From the NCBI RefSeq assembly GCF_009834535.1, contig NC_045697.1, positions 107,510,001-107,574,000 on the forward strand: a DNA stretch of 64,000 bases, written 5' to 3'. This document shows positions 26,493 to 40,128 of the stretch, in pieces (the first letter of the stretch is position 1; the number at the start of each line of letters is the position of its first letter). The stretch is from Camelus ferus (lineage: Eukaryota). The position numbers and the translations under genes are program-made. The notes under the pieces are model-generated. The model searched no databases. It was not told where the DNA came from and was given only the letters and a program-made list of their open reading frames with translations.

Positions 26493-26905
26493 TATGATGG
26501 TCAATTTTATGTGTCAACTTGGCAAGGCTATAGTCCCCAACTATTCAATCAAACATTAATTTACATGTTGCTGTGAAGGTATTTATGTAGATGTGGTTAA
26601 AGTTCATTATCAGTTGACTTTAAGTATGGGAGATTATCCTAGATAATCTGGGTGGGCTGGATTCAATTGGTTGAAAGGCTTTAAGAGCAGAGCTGAGTCT
26701 TCCCTGATAAAGAAAAAAATCCTGCCTGTTGACATAAGCTTCAGTCCATGTATGTAAGGTCCAGCCCCTTCTCAGTGTATCTGCCCTATGGATATCTGAC
26801 TTGTCCAGCCAGCCCCACAATCACATAAGCCAATTCCTTACAATAAATCCCTTAATGTACATCTCCTGCTGGTTCTGTTTTTCTGGTTGAACCCTAACTG
26901 ATCCA
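26493..26905 (+). mobile_element. ERVL solo LTR (MLT2D-like)
   Basis: tgatggtcaattttatgtgtcaacttgg...aataaa...ggttctgtttttctggttgaaccctaactgatcca; 5-bp TSD gcaac/acaac. Confidence 0.85.
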
Positions 26906-26914
26906 ACAACTAAA

Positions 26915-27090
26915 TAATCATCACAATAACCCTAAGAGACAGGTACTATTATTAGCCCTGTGTATAAATGAGAAAACATGATACGGAAACATTAAGAAGT
27001 TTGCCCAGGGGAACCCAGCTCCTAGTGAGGAAGCTGGATTCTAATTCAGTCAGCCTGATGCTCAGACCAAAGCATCGCACTTTCTATTCC
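26915..27090 (-). mobile_element. MIR fragment
   Basis: tcacaataaccct...aggtact...aaatgagaaaac...tttgcccaggg. Confidence 0.6.
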
Positions 27091-27609
27091 ACAGCTTCTC
27101 TGAATGATTCTACCAATTTGAGCAAAGCATAAACAGCTAAAAAAGTATTTTTTTAAAATTCATTTTGGATGGCCCCCAAAAGTTCTCCAAGCTTGATCTG
27201 GGAGTATTTTTTGTATTCGTCTGGATTATCCTAAAAGTTCCCCAAACTTGAGCACAGATAGTTCTGATTTCAAATACAGGCTCAAGGCGTGTACATTGAC
27301 GTCTTTGCCTCTAATCCAGGTGACCCGACTCCTGAATGCCCTCGGATGGGCCTCTGAAAAGCCCGGGCAAGGGGACCTCCAGAGGCTGTGGATTAGTACA
27401 AGATTCCTTTGGAAAGTATTGTTTTGGGGCATGAGATAAAAATTACAGAAATGAGTCATGGTTAACAATCTGAGCATTCTAACATAAAAATATGAGGCAA
27501 ATTGTAAGAAACAATATTCCTATTGGTTACTTCCTTCTGGTTCATCCATAAGCAACACAGGGCAAGGGAAGCTCTTTGAAGAAATTTACACTGCTAAGAA
27601 TGTCTCTTT

Positions 27610-28250
27610 TACTGAGGCAATTTGGCAGTATGTATGAAAACTCTTACAATGTTTCTGATCTATTAATTTTGATCTATTAAATCCACTGCTAGGAATTTAT
27701 CATAAGGAGGTAATCAGGGATGGTCCATTAAAATGCAGGTTTAAGAATCTTATCACAGCATTGTTTATAATACCAAAAATTGAAAATAACCTAAATGTCT
27801 GAAAATAGGAAAATAAAGTTTGGCATACCTACGTAATGGAATACCATTAAAAATCATATCATGGGAAATGTTTATAAACTATTGTTTCATGAAAAAAGCT
27901 TTTATACATTATGTATGTATGTACAGTGTGATCCCAATTATGTCTTCAAAAAATACACCAATTATAAGAGTATTTACTGAAATGGGAAAATGTTCATGAT
28001 ATAATGTTTAATGAAAACAGTAATTTAAAAACAGTATCTTCATGAGCCTTTATGTTAAAATTATAGTATCTTTTTGAAAAGATAAAAACCAGAAAGAAAT
28101 ACATCAAAATATAATAGCAATTAACTATGAGGAGATGGGATTATATATGATTTTCTTTTCTTTTATACAGTACTTGTTTTTTCCAAATTTTCTATCATGA
28201 ACATATTCTGCTTTATAATCAGAACAAATGAATATAATTTCACTTAAATT
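27610..28250 (+). mobile_element. Ancient L1 (L1ME/L1MC-like) 3' fragments
   Basis: gcaatttggcagtatg...ccactgctaggaattta...cagcattgtttataata...aacctaaatgtc; degenerate. Confidence 0.6.
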
Positions 28251-28893
28251 TTTTTTAAATGGTGTTAAAATAGGAATTCACCATATGGAAAAATTCTGAA
28301 GGGTGCAGTTCAGCTTATAATGACTTTTTCTATTTGGAGCTTCTATTTGGAATCTGTAACCAAAGAGAAGCTAATGGGCAAGAAATGGTGATAAACTTTG
28401 AGGCCGCTTGTCTTTCCTTGATAGCATCCCTGAACCACCTGCACAAGGCAGGGTGCCAGGGACAATTTTATCTCCAGGAAAGGTATACAATCGGTAGGAT
28501 ATTTGTATTTTAGACACAGTGTTACTCTGAAGCATTCAGACAATCGATACTTTCCTTCTATTCTTTCATTTTTCTTAATTACCAAAGGGTACTGATTCTC
28601 AATCCTCCTTTCCAAACAGAGAGAGTCACACACAAGTCCTTCTTTGGCATGCCTGCCTTATTTTTGCTGCACTTAGAAGTGCTGTCCAAGGGTGGCCAGG
28701 CTCACTCTGCATCTCCTGAGCTGCTCTACAAATGGGATGAGAAGGAAAGTGACAAAAACTTGTCACAGGGCAGAACTGAAAGCTCTGATTTGGTACCTAG
28801 AGAACCCCCTCATCAAAAAGGAAGTCCTCAACCTTGAAACTGTATTTTTGGGACCAGGTCTGATATCTGGTTTCAAGACTGGTTTTATGACAT

Positions 28894-29590
28894 TATGGAA
28901 GCGCCTCAAAAACCTAAACCTAAAAACAGAGCTACCATATGATCCAGCAATCCCACCCCTAGGCATGTATCTGGAAAAGATGAAAACTCAAATTTGAAAA
29001 GATACATGCATCCCAATGTTCACAGAAGTGCTATTTACAGTAGCCAAGATGAAGAAACAACCCAAGTGTCTGTCAACAGACAACTGGTTTAAGAAGATGT
29101 GTTACACACACACACACAAACATACATATACACACAATGGACTATCAGTCAGCCATGAAAAGAATGAAATATTACCATTTGCAGCAACATGGATGGACCT
29201 ACAGAATATCATACTAAGTCAGTGCAACAGAGGAAGACAGATATTATATAATATCACTTATATGTGGAATCTAAAAATAATACAAATGAATCTATGTACA
29301 AAACAAAACCAGAATCTTAGACAGAAAACAAGAGTATGGTTACCAGAGGGGAAAGGGAGAAATGGAGGGATAAATTAGGAGTATGGGATTAACAGATACA
29401 AACTACTACTAAACATAAAAGAGATAAGCAATGAGGATTTACTGTACAGCTCAGGGAAGTATATTCAATACCTTGTAATATCCTTTACTGGAAAATAATC
29501 TGATATATATATATCTAAATCACTTAAGTGTATACCTGAAACTAACACAATATTGCAAATTAACTCTACTTCAATTAAAAAAAAAGAAAG
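28894..29590 (+). mobile_element. 5'-truncated L1 3' end
   Basis: ORF fragments ELPYDPAIPPLGMY and EILPFAATWMDL (L1 ORF2 C-terminus); 3' UTR; ATTAAA at 29574 with A tail. Confidence 0.9.
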
Positions 29591-31894
29591 ATTTTATGTA
29601 TCAAACAAGACTGAATTTTGATCAAAAGCAGTTCACTGTTAATGGCATAACAGGTGCTTAGGTTACTGAGTGACTGTTTAAGCAATTCTGTCCACATTAA
29701 GATTCTTCCAGGAGTTAGTACGCTTTTGTCACTTATAGTCCTATTCAATACCTTTGAAGAACAGTGATACATTCTCTGCCAGTAGGGAAAATATTTAAAT
29801 AAAAAGTTAAAGTCCAGTTGTGTAAGAATATTGATTAGTCGAGGTAAAATCAAAACTTACGGGCAGACCAAGATCCACAAAGATGTATACAGAGTTCACT
29901 CAACTAAAGGCTATTAATATAGATTGTGCAGAACTGTGTAAATAACTGCTTCTAAACTATACTGTAGAAAAGTAAAGAACTAATGTAAAATATAGCCCAA
30001 GGGAAAGAGAGAAAAGAATCAGGATGAAAACATTTGAGAGCCAATATGTCCACATGCTCCCTGGACTGCTGACAGGTGGGTGGCTACACATGCCAGTCTA
30101 GAGAAAAAGTCACAAACACAGGACCAGCTGCTGTTCCAAAGTTAACTGCCTGCTGATAGTTTAATTTGAAACAACTTCAGAGAAGCCCCACACTAAATAC
30201 TATGGTAGTGGTAGGCCAGCTGATAAAACTCTTCAATTACCCAACTGATAGACCATACAAATGCTTCATTTTCATTCCCATCACACTAAGGGGAAATACT
30301 AAAGTCACATTTCTTAAAACCACGATAAAATACACATATTCTCTGTAGAATGACATAAAATGTTAGTAATCCTTTCACATCTCCCATTGCAAAAGGATTT
30401 TTTCCTACAAAACCTGTATACACTTTAATTTTTCCCCTCGTTTACAGCATTACAGAGTCTGTAGCAAAAGTAATGTTTCTCTGATAGCTGAGAAAACATA
30501 ATGCCAGAAAGTAATTACATACAGGCTATAGTTTATAGAGGTGCAGAAATCAAAACACATGGGCAGGGAAACGCTACAGAATTACAGTAGCTAAACTAAG
30601 CCCAGCAGAGCATGACATTTTAATAGACATATTTAGAAAGGAGAAAAGCAAAGACAAGTTAAATCTTCTGCTTTTAGCTAATCTATTCAAACCATAATGT
30701 GATAATGGTAAAGTGTCATAATAAAATCTTCAGCATCTTTATAAGACCAGCAACAGGGTACCAGTGCAGAAAACCAAGCCCCTTTCAAGTTGTTAATGAT
30801 AAAGTGGTTGCTCTGAGTTTTAACATCAACTATTAATTCTGAGCGCACTAACCTACGTGCTATAAATATTCTGCATGTTGAGTTCGAGTTCTTCCCTGCG
30901 TGGGTGACATTTCAGGCCACGTTATGGCGACGGGGGTTGAAACAGGCCCTACTGAACCTGCATGGGCACCAAACCACCACGAAGCCATCTGAGATTTGGG
31001 AAGAAAAGAGAAATGTAAGGTATATAAAATTTCAAAATTTAATTATGAATGAGAATAGGAGTTCAACAGAAACTCGAGAAAAAAATTTATCTTGGAAGAA
31101 GCAATAGAGGTTTCCTCACATATATATATATACACACAAAGATATGAACATAACAGTGTTTTTCGCAGCACCTTTCCTGTGATGCTATCAATAAGCAATT
31201 CAAACGCTACCAATAAAGGACTGATTAAATAAATAGTAATATAACTACACTAGAAAACTCTACGTAGCAGTTAAAAAATATAATGAAGTGTATTTCTAAA
31301 ATACAAGTGAAAAGAGCAAGTTGGCATGAATATATATACACATATGTATACATATATACACTACCCACACACACATATTCCCATTTATTCTAAATATTCC
31401 TTGAACATATACTATACATGTGCATAGAAAGTCTAAGATAGACACTGAGCCACTAGACTCTTTCATTAAAAGTTGCCTGTGGAATAAAGACAGACACCAC
31501 ATATTTCTGTACTACTAAGAAATGTTTTTATGTTACTCGTTTACTCTTAGGTAACAAAATAAGATAAAAATCCACAGAGCAATAAACAGTGCTTCGAGTA
31601 GAGGGAATTACAGGAGAAGACTATGAATAGAGATGAAATGGAAACAGTGTTTGATCATGTTTTTTTCTGAACATTCTTGATTATTTCCTCATTTTTATTT
31701 TCCTATTTCAGAAAAAACAATCAAAGAAAATTTCCCTCAATTTTATGTTCATGCCCTGTAAAAACATCACTATTGGTACCATAGAACTCAAGTTCTTCTT
31801 GGAGACCTTTAAATTAATTATAAAATTTTTCAGGATTTAAAAAAAGTGTAGATAGGCAAAGCCCAAAAATTAGCTTAAGAAATAAAATGGTATA

Positions 31895-32020
31895 AATTAC
31901 ATTTAATATATTGTAATAATCTACAATGAAAAAGAATATATATATGTATAAGCAAATCACTATACTGCTTATCAGAAACTAATACAAGATTGTAAAGCAA
32001 CTATATTTCAATTAAAAAAA
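31895..32020 (+). mobile_element. Short L1 3' tail fragment
   Basis: gaaactaatacaagattgtaaagcaactatatttcaattaaaaaaa. Confidence 0.75.
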
Positions 32021-32262
32021 GAAAGCAGTATAGATACACTTCAGGCTCCCTGTGTACACTTTCCTAACCTATTCCTTTGATAGTCAATATCCTAAATTCA
32101 CAATTTATCAGTTCCATGTGCATTTTTGTATACTTTTACTTAAAAAATATACATAGTGATGTAAAATACATATACATATATATGTAGCCATAAAAATACA
32201 ATAAAGAACATATTGTTCGAGTCTCACCTGTGATAAAGGGAGTGTGCAAACTTTTTCTATGT

Positions 32263-32475
32263 CTGGAGTTGGCAAACTTTTTCTATAAAGGTCAGATAGT
32301 AAATATTTCCAGCTTTGAGGGCCATATGGTTTCTGCTGTCACCCGTCAACTCTGCTGTTGCCATGCAAAAGCAACCGCAGACAGTGTGCAGACAAACAGG
32401 CATGGCTGAGATTCCATAAAACTTTATTTTCGATAACAGGTGGCAAGCCAGATTTGGCCCATTTGCTGACCTCTA
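32263..32475 (+). mobile_element. MER58A-like hAT-Charlie DNA transposon
   Basis: gttggcaaactttttctataaaggtcagatagtaaatattt...ataaaactttattt...ccagatttggccc...tttgctgacc. Confidence 0.8.
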
Positions 32476-32479
32476 CTTT

Positions 32480-33520
32480 ATATAAATGGTATCATACTGA
32501 ACCTATCTGTCTTCTACAGCTTGCATTTTATCATCCAAAACTCTGTTTCTGAGTTTCCTCTCTGTTGTCACACATAGCTGTAGTTTCCTTAGTCCGAACA
32601 GTGCTACTCTCAACACTCCAGTACACGTTCCTTTGGCACGAGACAGAATTTCTCCAGGGTGTAAGATAGCGGCTGGGTTGTATGGTTATGGGCAATTACT
32701 CAATTACTCTCTGAACAGGATATACCACATTATTCTCACACATACTTGTTACCATCAGTCTTTGAGATTTCTGCACCAACTCAATGGAGGTGAAATGGTA
32801 TCTCATTATCACACTGGTCCACATCTTCTTAGTAGAAGCAAGGTCAGGAATCTTTTCAAATTATTAGTTGGCTCCTTAGGTTTCATCTTTCCTGAGCTCC
32901 CTGCCCTATTTGTCTTCTTTCTGATGGGCAGTTTATTTATGTTGGACGTGCACTGTTGCTGCCATTGTGCCGTGCAGTCGTGACTTTTCACATGCTTTTG
33001 CTGCATTTATGTACATACGTTTTAAATTTTCACTTAGTCAAATTTATCAGTCTTTCTCATAGTGGTTTGTAATTGTTGAGACTTGTTTAGAAACTCATCC
33101 CCTACGCGAAATTCATAAAGATATTCTCACGTATTTCTTCAAAATATTTGTTTTACTTTTTATTTTTATGTCTTTAGATTCTACCTTACATAAGAAAATG
33201 ACTTTTAAAAATATGGGTGATCAGTTTTTCCTGCAACAGTCGTTGACATGTTCACTTTCCCCACTGATCTGTTCTACCACCTCCATCCAGCACACAATAC
33301 AGAACTGTGTGTCTCCACCTCTTTGGTGGATTCTCTATTCTGTTTTCTTGACCCATTTCTCTGATGATAAAACACCGTCTTAATTACTTACAAGAGTCCA
33401 CCTCCCAGTCTTGACCTTCAAAATTGCCTTGGTTACTCTTGTTCTTCCTTATAAAATTTAAAATCACTTTGTCTAATTCAAAAGTATTTGTGATTTTTAC
33501 CAAACTTTCATTGAACCTTA
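32480..33520 (-). mobile_element. Ancient L1 (L1M) fragments
   Basis: Degenerate reverse-strand L1 ORF2/3' motifs (ggtgaaatggtatctcatt, ttagtcaaatttatcagtcttt, aaattttaaaatcactttgtc). Confidence 0.55.
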
Positions 33521-35435
33521 TGACTGGACATCAAAGGGGATTATGCAGGTAGTTTTAAGAAGGCTTTAGGAAGACTAAGATTTAATGTTAATTTTTGAGA
33601 AATAGATTCAGGGTCCTCTGTTTTGCTGCCTTTTTTTTTTTTTTTCCGCAGCTGTAAATTATTTCCTTGTAGTAGGCAAAACATTTAAGACAAAGTAGCT
33701 GGTTTTTCAGCCCCATGAGTCATGGGGATCTAAGCTGGTGGGGTGGTAAAAACAGCTCCTAACTTTCCGTCGCTGTCACTGATTGCCACAGGGCTTACCT
33801 TCATTATCTTTAGCTCCTACTTCGCTCTCAATTAGTTTCCCAACCTGCCATCCTATAGTACATTTTTCTAGATGTTATTCATAGCTGTGTCTGGGAAAGG
33901 AAGTCACAACTTCAAACGAATGTTTAAAATCCTTTATAGTAAATATCTCACTTGGTGTTTCGTAATGCACTTTAGTTTATCAAAGACTCAGTACAGAAAT
34001 ATGCCTAATTTTGTTTTGACTCACATTTCACAAACTTTTGGCACGCACTAGTGATTTATTTCTTGTATACAAAGTAATTTCCTACAAAAAATGTTCCGTG
34101 GGCCATCAATTTGGGAACAGGTATATTTAAACTAATAAGGAAAAGACAAGAAGAATTCAGATATTTCTGACTTCTACACTGGTCAATCAGCAATAAGAAA
34201 AAAATTTAAAACACCCAACATCAAAGCAAACTGATGAAAAAGCTTAAAAATGCTTACGTGATGTTTTTTCGGTTGGTGTCTTAGTGATGCCCTATACCTG
34301 ATAAAACTTTGACTTGACAAGAGTTATACTTTCCTTCTTATTTCAGCACCAAAATGAAAGAACGGGCAGCCGTTCCAGATTTATTCGCCTCTCACTGTGA
34401 AAACTATAGGATAGTTTGGCCTTATAAAAACTCAAACAAAAGCAATGCATCTCTCTTATTCTTGCTGGGCGTCGAGCCCATGATCTTGCTGCCAAGTGGC
34501 CTGAGGAGATCCAAAACAAGAAAAAACCAAAATTGAGTGAATTTGGTTATATTTTCTTCCTTCTGCCCTGTTGATGCAGCAGGTATTAATCTGCTTGACG
34601 CACTGCTGGACTGGTGGGGTGGCCCTGCTCAGCTAAGGCTGGCAGTAGAAGGGCGGGTCACTACCAATCTCAGCAGACACTCTGGACAGACAACAATGGC
34701 CTTTCCCAGAAAACAGCTCTCCTTTCTCACACGACATTGCTCCTTGCTGCTGTAGTAACAAACATTCAGTCACAAGGCATGGGCGAGCATTTGAGAGTCA
34801 GGTTCTTTTCAGTTTGCTAGAGAAAAACATTGGCATTTTCTTTCTCTCTTCGAACTACATTTGGCATTTATTCAACAAACATTTATTTATTATTAAGTGC
34901 TTACTGTGAACCAAACACTACATGAAGTGCTGGGGTTACTGAGACCAGCAGCACAGTCCTTGAGAACCTGAAAGGTTAAAGACCGAGTGCCACAAGCACT
35001 GCCGGAAATAGAACTATGAGGACTGTGATCCTGCAGTCAAAGAGGCTCTCAGAGGTTGGGAATGTAAATCCCAAACAATGGGCACTCTGTGCTCCGTGAA
35101 GCTGGAGACTTTTTCTTGTTTTCTGTCATATCCGGAGCCTGGATTAGGGTCTCAACAAATAGTTATCGGCTGCTGAATGAGCAAGGGGCTGGAGCCACCT
35201 AGAATCATAATTTAGCCACGTGTGAATCTTTTCTATTTCATTCCCAGCACTAGCTTGTCCAGGTTTTCCTTGACAGTGTTCCTTCACAGAATGGCCCATT
35301 CCATCCTTGACCAGCTACACCAGGAAATCCTTCCTTGCACTGTGCAGAAACCCACCCCCTCAAAGTTCCACCCGCAGCTGCATACTCTGCCCTCTGGAAC
35401 TCCACAGAACACACAGAACCCTTCCCTCCACTGCT

Positions 35436-36440
35436 TTTTATTTTGAAAATTTCAAGTCTACAGAAAAGTTGAAGGAACAATTAACACCCATATACACTTT
35501 TAATCGATTCACCCATTATTAATATTTTCCCATATTTGCTCTGTTTTATCTCTTGCTGTTTTTGTCCCTCATGAATTATTTGAGAGGATGCTACAAACAT
35601 AAGCCGGTATCACCTCTAATACATCTGTATACATCTCCTAAGAATAAGGACATTCTCCCACATAACAGCATTCTTATTATACACCTAAACAAAGTAATAT
35701 TAATAAAATATTATCTAAAATACAATTTGTATCTGAATTTTCTTAATTATCCCCAAAGTATCTTTTTTTAATCTGGATTTTAAAATTCCAGATTTAAAAA
35801 AAAAATCAGTCTCTTTTAATCTAGAATATTTTCCGAGCCTTTCTGTATTTTTCACGACATCACCTTTTCTGCCAAGACAACCACTGCATAAGCGCCATCT
35901 ATGTGTATTGCTAATGCGTCATCTGGAGCCACATACTGTCCGGCTGTCTCACGAGTGGGATATATATAAGTTGACCACTTGATTAAGAATGTGATCACCA
36001 CATATCTTTATTGAAAAGGTGCATTTTTCCCTTTCTAATTAAAAACTTAAATATCATTTTAAGTCAGTATGAATATCTATTCCTCCAACAGTTTTTCTAC
36101 CCAAGTTTTAGGAGCCACTGATGATCCTTGCCTGAATCAACTATTACACTGAGGATTGTAAAATGATGATTTTGTGATCCTATGATTTCTTCTATGTGGA
36201 TTTTTAAAAATCCAGTGCATTAGAATCCGTTATCATTCAAAATTTTTTCGCTATTCAAATTGTCCCAGATTTGGCCAGCCTCTTGACGCTGCCTTCTGGG
36301 CCTTTATGACATGACCCCAGCAGTCGGTCATTTCCCTCCTTTCTGTCACCAGGCTTACTTGTGCTTCCTCCTTCCTGAGACCTGGAATTAGCCATTCCTC
36401 CAGGGATCCCGGGTTCCTCTTAGAGGGGAGAAACATTTAG
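35436..36440 (-). mobile_element. Old L1 (L1MC-like) 3' region
   Basis: ttttattttgaaaatttcaagtctacagaaaagttgaag...ctaagaataaggacattctcccacataac...gacctggaattagccattcctccagggatccc. Confidence 0.7.
35892..35905 (-). promoter_or_regulatory. Weaker CTCF-like motif
   Basis: Minus strand CACATAGATGGCGC: intact TAGATGGCGC core, imperfect 5' part; lies in an old L1. Confidence 0.3.
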
Positions 36441-36569
36441 GAGGAATATTTTTTCTAGTCTCTGCTATATGCCAGCCCTCCAGGTGTTTGAAGCCAGTTA
36501 TTTCTGTCCCATATTCCTCCCTGACTTCCAAACCAAGGCTAACTCCACCCGGCTTCTTACACAAGTCTT

Positions 36570-36725
36570 CCGTGTTTCCCAGCCTGGCTCTACATCAGAA
36601 TCACTGGGAGCCTTCTTTAATATACAGATTCTCAGGATCCACTCACTCCATTCTTACTGAATAAGAATCTCTCAGGTAGAGCGTGGGACTCTGTTTTTGT
36701 TTTTTCAAGTTCCCCAATTAATGTC
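36570..36725. mobile_element. MER5A-like DNA transposon remnant
   Basis: catcagaatcactgggagc...atacagattctcagg...actgaataagaatctct...caagttcccca. Confidence 0.6.
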
Positions 36726-38361
36726 AATATTATTATCAATATCAATCCAGTACTTCAATTTTTCAAGGCCTTGTGGGACCAGAATTGGATATAATATCAA
36801 AAGCATGGTTTAGAGCTATTTTTCTTATACTGCAGACATTACAGTTATTTCAGCATAATTAATCAATGCTGACATTTTGGGGGAGGTAAAGGCAAAGGCA
36901 TGAAATTTTTGACTTATAATGAATTTATGAAGAATTAAATCCTCAAGATTTTTTCAAACATATTAAGTCACATCTCTCCTATCTCCTATGATCCACTGAT
37001 CTTTCAGACCTAGGTGTAAGGATTTACATTTGTTCCAATTAACACTTACATTGCTTAATTAAGTCGGTATGTCAAGGGTCTTACGGATCCCGATTTTACC
37101 ATCCTAAGTATTTTTTACCCTTGCAACTTTATGACACTCATAGCATCCTGTCAAAGTCCTCTTCTATTGGTTTTTTCCTATATCTTACACACTTTTCTAT
37201 AATGTGTTCATAGTTACATAACTGTGTTTGTCAAAACTCATAGAATCATACACCAAAAAGAGTGAATTTTAATGTATGAGAATTACACCTGAAAGAAAAA
37301 AATCAGCTTTATATTCCAAATACTCAGCTACATTTTTTCCCAGATTATGTCTCACTAACTTACTCTGATTGACAATCTCTGCAAAATGTATTGCTATTCT
37401 AATTAATCGAGTTTTCATAGATTTTGTATTTTTTTTCATCCCAGGTCAATGTATTCTAAGGTTTGACATCTTGGAAAAGTATCAGGATTTGGTTTACTAG
37501 GCCAGTCAACCCAGTGAACACATTGTTACCATTTCATCAGTTCTCACAATCTAAGATGCAAAGATTAAGTGACAGAATGTAGAATAAGACGGAAATAATA
37601 TTTAAAAAATTACAATCTTTCACAAAACTGGGTTTCAAAATGGAATATAGGTCTGCCATTCTTGCCTAGGAATGGAAGTTAGACAATTTTCCGCCTATAA
37701 CTTTGACAAAGATTTTAAAAAATACTTTTCAGTGCTGGTGAGAGCCTTGTGAGATACATTCTCAGACGGCGTGAGTGAGAGGCTGAGACGATATGACCTT
37801 CCTGGCTATCTGAAAGTGTCTGACACGAACTTAAAGAATTCAATTGGAATACATTTTTCTCAAAAAAAAAAAAAATCTAGAAAGAAATTACATCAAAATT
37901 TTAGCAACAGCCAGCCATCCTAGCTCATGAAAGACATGCTGTTTTGTCTTGTTTTTAATGCTTTTTCTCTTAAAAAAATAATTTTAAAATTTCTACAATG
38001 AGCCCATGTTAGTTTTATAATTAGGAAAAAAGCAGCACACATTTACCTAATTACCAATTAAAGAAAAGGAAGGAAAATGAACCAAGGAAGGAAGGAAATA
38101 GGGCTAAATAATTTTTTTGTAAAGATATACCTGTCACTGATAGGAATTTTCAAAATAAAATGTCTTCCAGGTAGTCAATAATTTTATAAAGAATTTTTGT
38201 TCAGAGAATGAACAGTATTTCCCTTGTGAAGCTTCTCTGAGTGGTACAGAAGATTCAAATATACAGTATTTCTAAAAGGGATACTTGCACTGCCAAAATA
38301 TTGGAACAATGTTTTCCAAACGAGAGGCTTTATACAGTAATTAAATACTATAAATTCATAC

Positions 38362-38401
38362 CTTGAAGAACGATGCTCTGGTTTATTTCGTTCGTTTCGA
38401 T
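38362..38401 (-). CDS. SH3D19: SH3 domain-containing protein 19, 40-nt internal coding exon: (D)RNERNKPEHRSS(S)
   Basis: Minus strand reads ctgtcttctctctttacag|ATCGAAACGAACGAAATAAACCAGAGCATCGTTCTTCAAG|gtatga. Four CpGs retained in 40 nt against a CpG-depleted background; phase 1 in, phase 2 out. Confidence 0.9.
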
Positions 38402-38967
38402 CTGTAAAGAGAGAAGACAGTTACATGTCAAAATGCTCTTTAGAAGTCCTAGAAAAGAAATTCTTAAGCACCAGCTGCCATACCATTAGATTCACAAAGG
38501 ACTGTTCAAAGGTTGCTGTGACTTCCATGTATAAGGCTCTCCTTCAGAGCTGAGAGGATGTGTCTGATAGAGGAGGTAGAAAAGATATAAAGAAGGACAG
38601 GCATGTAAAGTTTTTACAGTTTGTGAAAATCATCTACTTAGAAAATATATCATTACATGTATTATTTCATTTTCAAAGATCTTTGCTGTTTAAAACACTT
38701 TGCTAAAACCAAAACAAATTTAGCTAAGGAAAGAAAGTAAGGGAACTGAAAAGCCACAAATTACTCAGCTCGAAAAAATCATTCCATGAATCATGGTTGG
38801 CAAAAGCTTCTAACAGGATGGGGAGGGGAAAAAAATGAGCAGTCAGCTACAGCAACATCTGCAAATACACTGAGACCAGGACAGCCTCATCCTTAACTCT
38901 CTATCACCCAGAACTTCTCAGAAGTTGCATTTCCATGTTTCACAGATAATTAGGCCTGACATGCTAA

Positions 38968-39178
38968 CAGTGGTTCTCAACCATGGGCAATTTTGCTCTC
39001 TCTCCACGAGGGGACATCTGGCAATGCCTGGAGACATTCTGGTTGTCACAACTGGGGAGGAAGGAGCTACTGGCATCCAGTGGGTAAGACCAGGGATGCT
39101 GCTGCCGTCCCACATGCACCCTGCAACAAAGAATTATCTCACCCAAAATGTTAACAGTGCTGAAGTTAAGAAACCCTG
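38968..39178 (+). mobile_element. MER20 hAT-Charlie DNA transposon
   Basis: cagtggttctcaacc...ggggacatctggcaatgcctggagacattctggttgtcacaactgggg...gttaagaaaccctg with terminal inverted repeats. Confidence 0.88.
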
Positions 39179-40128
39179 CAACGGGGTAAGAGACAAGAGC
39201 ATGGCTGCTTGAAGCTCTTAAAAGTGCCTCTTTGGACTGCTGTGAAATGCTGTTAATCAAACTGAAGACTTCTACATACAAGACAAAAGACCACAAAACC
39301 CAAAGGCTATCTTTTTTTGACTCTGAGTAATAATTTTTTTTTCAGTACATGCTTATAAACAAATATAAAGTAAAAAGATCTTAGTGCTATGAAAAAACTA
39401 GCAACAGAAAGCAACGTGTAAGCCACAATAAATTCCTATACAATGACTTTTTAAAATCCTATGCAATGTTAACAAAGTTTCATTTTCTAAAGTATCTTCT
39501 GAATTAATACTAACATGATATAATTTAATGGCAAAACAAAGATTAGACAGGAATTCTTTTTTTCTTCTTAATTTTATTGCTGATGGAGCAGCATAAAGAT
39601 AATGAAAACATTCTCTACAATATCTAGAGAGAATTTATGGAAGAAAAGGAATCAGATTTACGTGGTTAAATATAAATTCTCTCTGAATGGGTTCATAATA
39701 AAAAAGAAATGTCTTTTTAAAACAAAGAGCAGACAGGAAGACACTGTTCTCTGAAACACTAATAAGTAAGAAGAGTCACAATAAAAATATTTGTTTAGAT
39801 ATAATGCTCTTCAAAACACACAATGTTAACAATATGCTTCTGGTTCCAATTTCTCTACACAGTGACTTAGTGTTACTGCCGCTTTTAAAACTTTCGTTTT
39901 AATTTAACTTGGTTTTACCCTTCCCTTGAATAAAAATATGTTTTTTAACTTGTTGAGGACTAAAAATTTCAAGTCAGCAATAGAATGCACATTTTAATCA
40001 TTTTTTTCAATTGTTCTTCTTCAGCTTTTAGCCTGTTAGTTTTGCTATCAAAAGTTAAGTATAATGTCCCAAAGTAAAGCTAAAAACTAGATGCAGATCA
40101 GCTGTCCTCATAACAAAGCAACTCTTAC

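Larger units (their letters stand above)
5252..38361 (-). other. SH3D19: 33.1-kb GT-AG intron between the two SH3D19 exons
   Basis: GT at 38361-38360 and AG at 5253-5252 on the minus strand; exon phases are compatible. Confidence 0.8.

Noticed and set aside
30840..30990. Local CpG-enriched patch
   Set aside because: About 150 bp, too short for a CpG island, with no exon or promoter structure I could support.
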